A stretch of 9,718 bases of DNA from Promethearchaeota archaeon (GTDB taxonomy: Archaea; Asgardarchaeota; Thorarchaeia; Thorarchaeales; Thorarchaeaceae): positions 1 to 9,718 of the forward strand of contig JALVPN010000188.1 of the NCBI GenBank assembly GCA_027031765.1. Direction: 5' to 3'. Both the position numbers and the translations under genes were made by a program. Shown here piece by piece: positions 6,849 to 9,718 of the stretch. The notes under the pieces are model-generated. The model was not told the origin of the DNA. It saw only the letters and a program-made list of their open reading frames with translations, and ran no database searches. How positions within the stretch are numbered: position 1 is the stretch's first letter; every line of letters starts with the position of its first letter.

Positions 6849-8579
6849 GTGTCAGACTCTGAGAAGCTGGTCGAGTGGCATCACCGTGTCGTCGAGGTGG
6901 TCAACGAAGGTGTTGTCATCGTCCAGGACGGTGAGATTGTCCTGGCAAACGGTGCCCTCGCGAAGATGCTCGGCTACCGCGAGTCAGAGCTCACCGGCAT
7001 GCTGTTCGTTGACGTGGTGGACCCAATATTCCACCGGCACGGCGCAACAACCCTGGCGGCAATGAGCGAGGGCACATGCCGTATCAGTTTCAGAACCCGC
7101 CTCCTGCGTCATGACGGCCGCCCCATCCATGTGGAGGTCACCCCGACACCGGTGCTGTACAACGGCAGGCCGGCAACCCTGGCAGCCGTGCGCGACCTGT
7201 CCCGCGAACTCGACCTTGAGAGTACAGTGGGGGCCCTCGAAGAACGCTTCGCATCCCTCTACAACCTCTCGCCAGCAGCATACTTCACACTCGACTCTGA
7301 GGGCGTGGTGCGTCAGGTAAACCGCGAGGCAGAACACCTCCTGGGAGTACCGGAGGAGCAGATTGTGGGCCGTCACCTCGAAGAGTTCCTGCCAGAGCCA
7401 CCTGGCGACTACGATGTGGTCGGTGAGTTCATGCGGGAGGTCCTGATGGGAAAGCACATCCAGGGCGTCGAGATCGAGATGCTGCGTCCTGATGGCCGAC
7501 GACTGTGGGTGAGCGTGTCCTCACGACCACTGAGCAAGATTGGCGCCCACGCAGAAGAGACCGCCTTCATGGCCTTCGACATCACGCGGCGCAAGGCTGC
7601 TGAGGCACGCGTCCTCGAGGAGCGCCAGTGGGCCGACCTCTACCTTGGTGTCATGACCAACGACCTCAACGTCATCAACCAGAGCACACTGTACTCCCTC
7701 GAACTCGTCACCTCGACCGTGCGCCTCCCAGACAAGACCCTCTCAGTACTGCGCGAGACCGCATGGAACGTGCGGCGCTCGTCACGTATGATTGCCAATG
7801 TCAGGGCGCTCATCACACTGCGCAAGTCGCCACCTGAGAAGCGCAGGACCAACCTCTATGCCCACTTCCAGCGCGCACGACGTGAGGCCGACCGGGACTT
7901 TGAATGGAAGACCCTCGAGGTGGAGACCAACATCGAGGACGGCAAGTTCTTCGTCGTTGGCCACCAGTTCCTCTGGAGCGTGTTCTTCAACATCATGCAC
8001 AACGCCATGATGTACGACCCTGAGAAGCACGTCAGGATGGAGGTCACGGCCGAGTACGTCGACAACGGTTCAAAGGTGAGAGTGTCGTTCGCTGACCACG
8101 GGCCGGGTATTCCTGACTCCATGAAAGAGGAGCTCATGGATCGTGCGAGGTCGCCCGAGAGGCATGCCGGTGGCGCCGGCCTCGGCCTCACTTTTGTCTA
8201 CAGGTTCATCCGCGACCTCGGTGGCGACCTGTGGGTAGAGGACAGGGTGCCGGGCGACCACTCCAAGGGCGCGAAGTTCGTCGTCGAGATCCCCGCGTGG
8301 GTCGAGGAGGCGGAGGCCGCAACCATCCTGTTCTACAAGTCGGCCCACTGCGTCTTCTGCGGCCCGGTCTACGAGTCCCTGATGGCAGTCCTCGATGAGA
8401 TGGGCATGAGCAGGAACATGGTGCGGGTCATCGACGTGGACGACCCCAACGCCGGGGTCTCGGAGGACGAGCTGCCAGCCCTACCCACCATCCGCTTTGG
8501 CCAGAGCGAGCTCACGGGCTTCGTGTCGGAAGACGACCTCCGGGAACACCTGATGACCATGCTCATGTTCTCACAGTGA
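6849..8579 (+). CDS. PAS-PAS-HisKA(degenerate)-HATPase protein with a C-terminal thioredoxin-fold CxxC domain, 576 aa
   Basis: Two PAS/PAC domains (ANGALAKMLGYRESELTG; VNREAEHLLG...DITRRKAAE). DHp helix YLGVMTNDLNVINQ. N-box FFNIMHNAMMY, G1 DHGPGIP, G2 GAGLGL. These are followed by TILFYKSAHCVFCGP...VIDVDD...ALPTI...TGFVSEDDLREHL. Confidence 0.92.
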   Translation: MSDSEKLVEWHHRVVEVVNEGVVIVQDGEIVLANGALAKMLGYRESELTGMLFVDVVDPIFHRHGATTLAAMSEGTCRISFRTRLLRHDGRPIHVEVTPTPVLYNGRPATLAAVRDLSRELDLESTVGALEERFASLYNLSPAAYFTLDSEGVVRQVNREAEHLLGVPEEQIVGRHLEEFLPEPPGDYDVVGEFMREVLMGKHIQGVEIEMLRPDGRRLWVSVSSRPLSKIGAHAEETAFMAFDITRRKAAEARVLEERQWADLYLGVMTNDLNVINQSTLYSLELVTSTVRLPDKTLSVLRETAWNVRRSSRMIANVRALITLRKSPPEKRRTNLYAHFQRARREADRDFEWKTLEVETNIEDGKFFVVGHQFLWSVFFNIMHNAMMYDPEKHVRMEVTAEYVDNGSKVRVSFADHGPGIPDSMKEELMDRARSPERHAGGAGLGLTFVYRFIRDLGGDLWVEDRVPGDHSKGAKFVVEIPAWVEEAEAATILFYKSAHCVFCGPVYESLMAVLDEMGMSRNMVRVIDVDDPNAGVSEDELPALPTIRFGQSELTGFVSEDDLREHLMTMLMFSQ

Positions 8580-8653
8580 GGGGCCGTTGTGCTCTCGCAG
8601 CGGACACGTGCCACCAGCACCTGTGCACCGGACGACGACATGTCCCACCCCAA

Positions 8654-9010
8654 CTAGTCCACGGTAATCTTGTCGTCCTTCAGGTCTGGGCACTTGACCG
8701 CAATGACCACGACCTCGTTGTCCCCGGTCTCGAACCAGTGCGGCTCTCCGGGCTCGACCACGACCACATCGCCCTCCCCCACACTGTACGTCCTGTCACC
8801 AACACCCACCACAGTGCTCGCCATCGTCACGAACACCTCTTCGAGCTGCTGGTGGGCATGCGGTTCCGTCCTCGTGCGGGGCGGGATCTTCACCCAGATG
8901 AAGCCCGCGGTCGGGACTGGGGCCCTGAACTTGATATCTGCAACGTACTTCCGGCCGTATCCTCCTGCACCGATAAGCTCACACTCTGAGGCACGGTATA
9001 TCTTGACCAT
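8654..9010 (-). CDS. Cupin (cupin_2-like) metal-binding protein, 118 aa
   Basis: Motif 1 EPHAHQQLEEVF (HxH..E) and motif 2 GDVVVVEPGEPHWF. The His3-Glu metal ligand set appears intact. Confidence 0.9.
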   Translation of the reverse strand: MVKIYRASECELIGAGGYGRKYVADIKFRAPVPTAGFIWVKIPPRTRTEPHAHQQLEEVFVTMASTVVGVGDRTYSVGEGDVVVVEPGEPHWFETGDNEVVVIAVKCPDLKDDKITVD

Positions 9011-9044
9011 GGCCCATCACGCCATGTCGCCGCTCCGGCATGAG

Positions 9045-9053
9045 AAATACGTT
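9045..9053 (-). promoter_or_regulatory. Possible TATA-like element for the cupin gene
   Basis: The minus strand reads AACGTATTT, 35-43 nt upstream of ATG 9010. It is similar to the element before the GyrI-like gene. Confidence 0.35.
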
Positions 9054-9118
9054 CTGGTCTGTCAGGGGGCCGGGCCATGCCTGCCATGCCGGACGCGGCC
9101 CCGACACGTGTAGTGCGT

Positions 9119-9235
9119 CCCACAGCCCCCGGATATGGACACTCCCACCAGCAACAGGTCCGAGCAGAGTGGGGGGAGGGACAGGAGCCCACAGCCCCCG
9201 GATATGGACACTCCCGTCAGCCGGCGCCCAGAGCA
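9119..9235. repeat. Intergenic tandem duplication: 28-nt identical core plus 20-nt partly conserved extension, period 69
   Basis: CCCACAGCCCCCGGATATGGACACTCCC occurs at 9119-9146 and 9188-9215. The next 20 nt align without gaps at 11/20 (accagcaacaggtccgagca vs gtcagccggcgcccagagca). Confidence 0.95.
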
Positions 9236-9258
9236 CCAGCCCGGCATCGACCGCATCC

Positions 9259-9266
9259 TTTAAGTA
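9259..9266 (+). promoter_or_regulatory. Archaeal TATA box candidate
   Basis: TTTAAGTA lies about 50 nt upstream of ATG 9315. The reverse strand reads TACTTAAA, so it could also drive leftward transcription into the repeat. Confidence 0.55.
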
Positions 9267-9314
9267 GTGAATTCGTGGCCAATTGGACTGAACAACAAAT
9301 GGGACGAACCGGCA

Positions 9315-9704
9315 ATGTATCTTGAGCTGTCACTAATCCCGTTCGCCATCCTCCTGGTCCTGTTCCTATGTTTCTTCGTCACAGCTGAGGGCTCGAAATG
9401 GCAGAAACACCCACAACTCGGTGTCTTCGCCAGGTTCATCCAGGTGTCGCCACTCCGCGGCTTCCTGGTGTTCTTTGTCCTCACAATCCTCATGGTACCA
9501 TCGGTCCTGCTCATCATCCTAGGCTACTGGACTGATGCGGTCATCACAGGCACCGTTCCTAACACTACAACCCCCATAGTGAACGTGCTCCTCCTGCTGC
9601 TCCTCATCCTCTCTGGCATGATCCCCGTCCTATGGAGTCACTTCCGGACATGGCGCCAGGCCGTAAGGAGCGCAGCTGAGGTACGTGTCCGCACAATCGA
9701 GTAA
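9315..9704 (+). CDS. Small three-TM membrane protein of unknown function, 129 aa
   Basis: ATG 9315 to TAA 9702-9704. Three hydrophobic segments (LSLIPFAILLVLFLCFFV; FLVFFVLTILMVPSVLLIILGYW; IVNVLLLLLLILSGMIPVLW), a basic amphipathic C-tail and an upstream TATA candidate. Confidence 0.75.
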   Translation: MYLELSLIPFAILLVLFLCFFVTAEGSKWQKHPQLGVFARFIQVSPLRGFLVFFVLTILMVPSVLLIILGYWTDAVITGTVPNTTTPIVNVLLLLLLILSGMIPVLWSHFRTWRQAVRSAAEVRVRTIE

Positions 9705-9718
9705 GACCGGTCAGGAGG

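Noticed and set aside
9119-9215. Two 28-bp repeats with a 41-bp spacer as a mini CRISPR array
   Set aside because: There are only two copies, no typical GAAAC/ATTGAAA-type end and no cas genes in the window. Similarity continues without gaps into the supposed spacer (11/20), which fits tandem duplication better.
9119-9235. By-eye resemblance of minus-strand CCGGGGGCUGUGG to the SRP/7SL Alu-domain segment (recalled as CGGGAGGCUGAGG), and of plus-strand CAGGUCCGAGCAG to SRP helix 8
   Set aside because: The two resemblances lie on opposite strands, need several gaps in GC-rich sequence, and the helix-8 GNRA loop and a roughly 300-nt SRP body are missing. It is not called SRP RNA; an Infernal search against Rfam SRP models would settle it.
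8979-9325. Small ORFs spanning the tandem repeat (GSVHIRGLW x2 on minus; PTAPGYGHS x2 on plus)
   Set aside because: The repeated peptides are a by-product of the DNA duplication. The ORFs overlap neighbouring starts or promoters and lack ribosome sites.

Overview
GC-rich window with an archaeal promoter style (TATA-like boxes, GGAGG/GAGGAG ribosome sites). The gene content points to an Asgard archaeon, possibly Thorarchaeia; this is inference only. Eight coding regions are supported, in order: (1) the 3' end of an FG-GAP/Ca-binding-repeat surface protein with a C-terminal membrane anchor; (2) a MacB/FtsX-type ABC permease; (3) its LolD/FtsE-type ATPase; (4) a stand-alone GyrI-like protein; (5) a 7-TM receptor-like protein fused to a longin-like domain; (6) a PAS-PAS-histidine-kinase-like protein fused to a C-terminal CxxC thioredoxin-fold domain; (7) a cupin; (8) a small 3-TM protein. 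The most notable signal is the adjacent signalling pair. The kinase lacks the phospho-acceptor His (H-box reads MTNDL, Asn for His) but keeps its ATP-binding boxes and carries a thioredoxin/KaiB-like module. The upstream gene has GPCR-like 7-TM topology with a cytoplasmic longin-like domain. Also notable is a tandemly duplicated 48-nt non-coding element (28-nt identical core) between the cupin and 3-TM genes. It folds better on the minus strand, and its 12-nt core recurs in another intergenic region. All family assignments are from motif recognition by eye; no searches were run.
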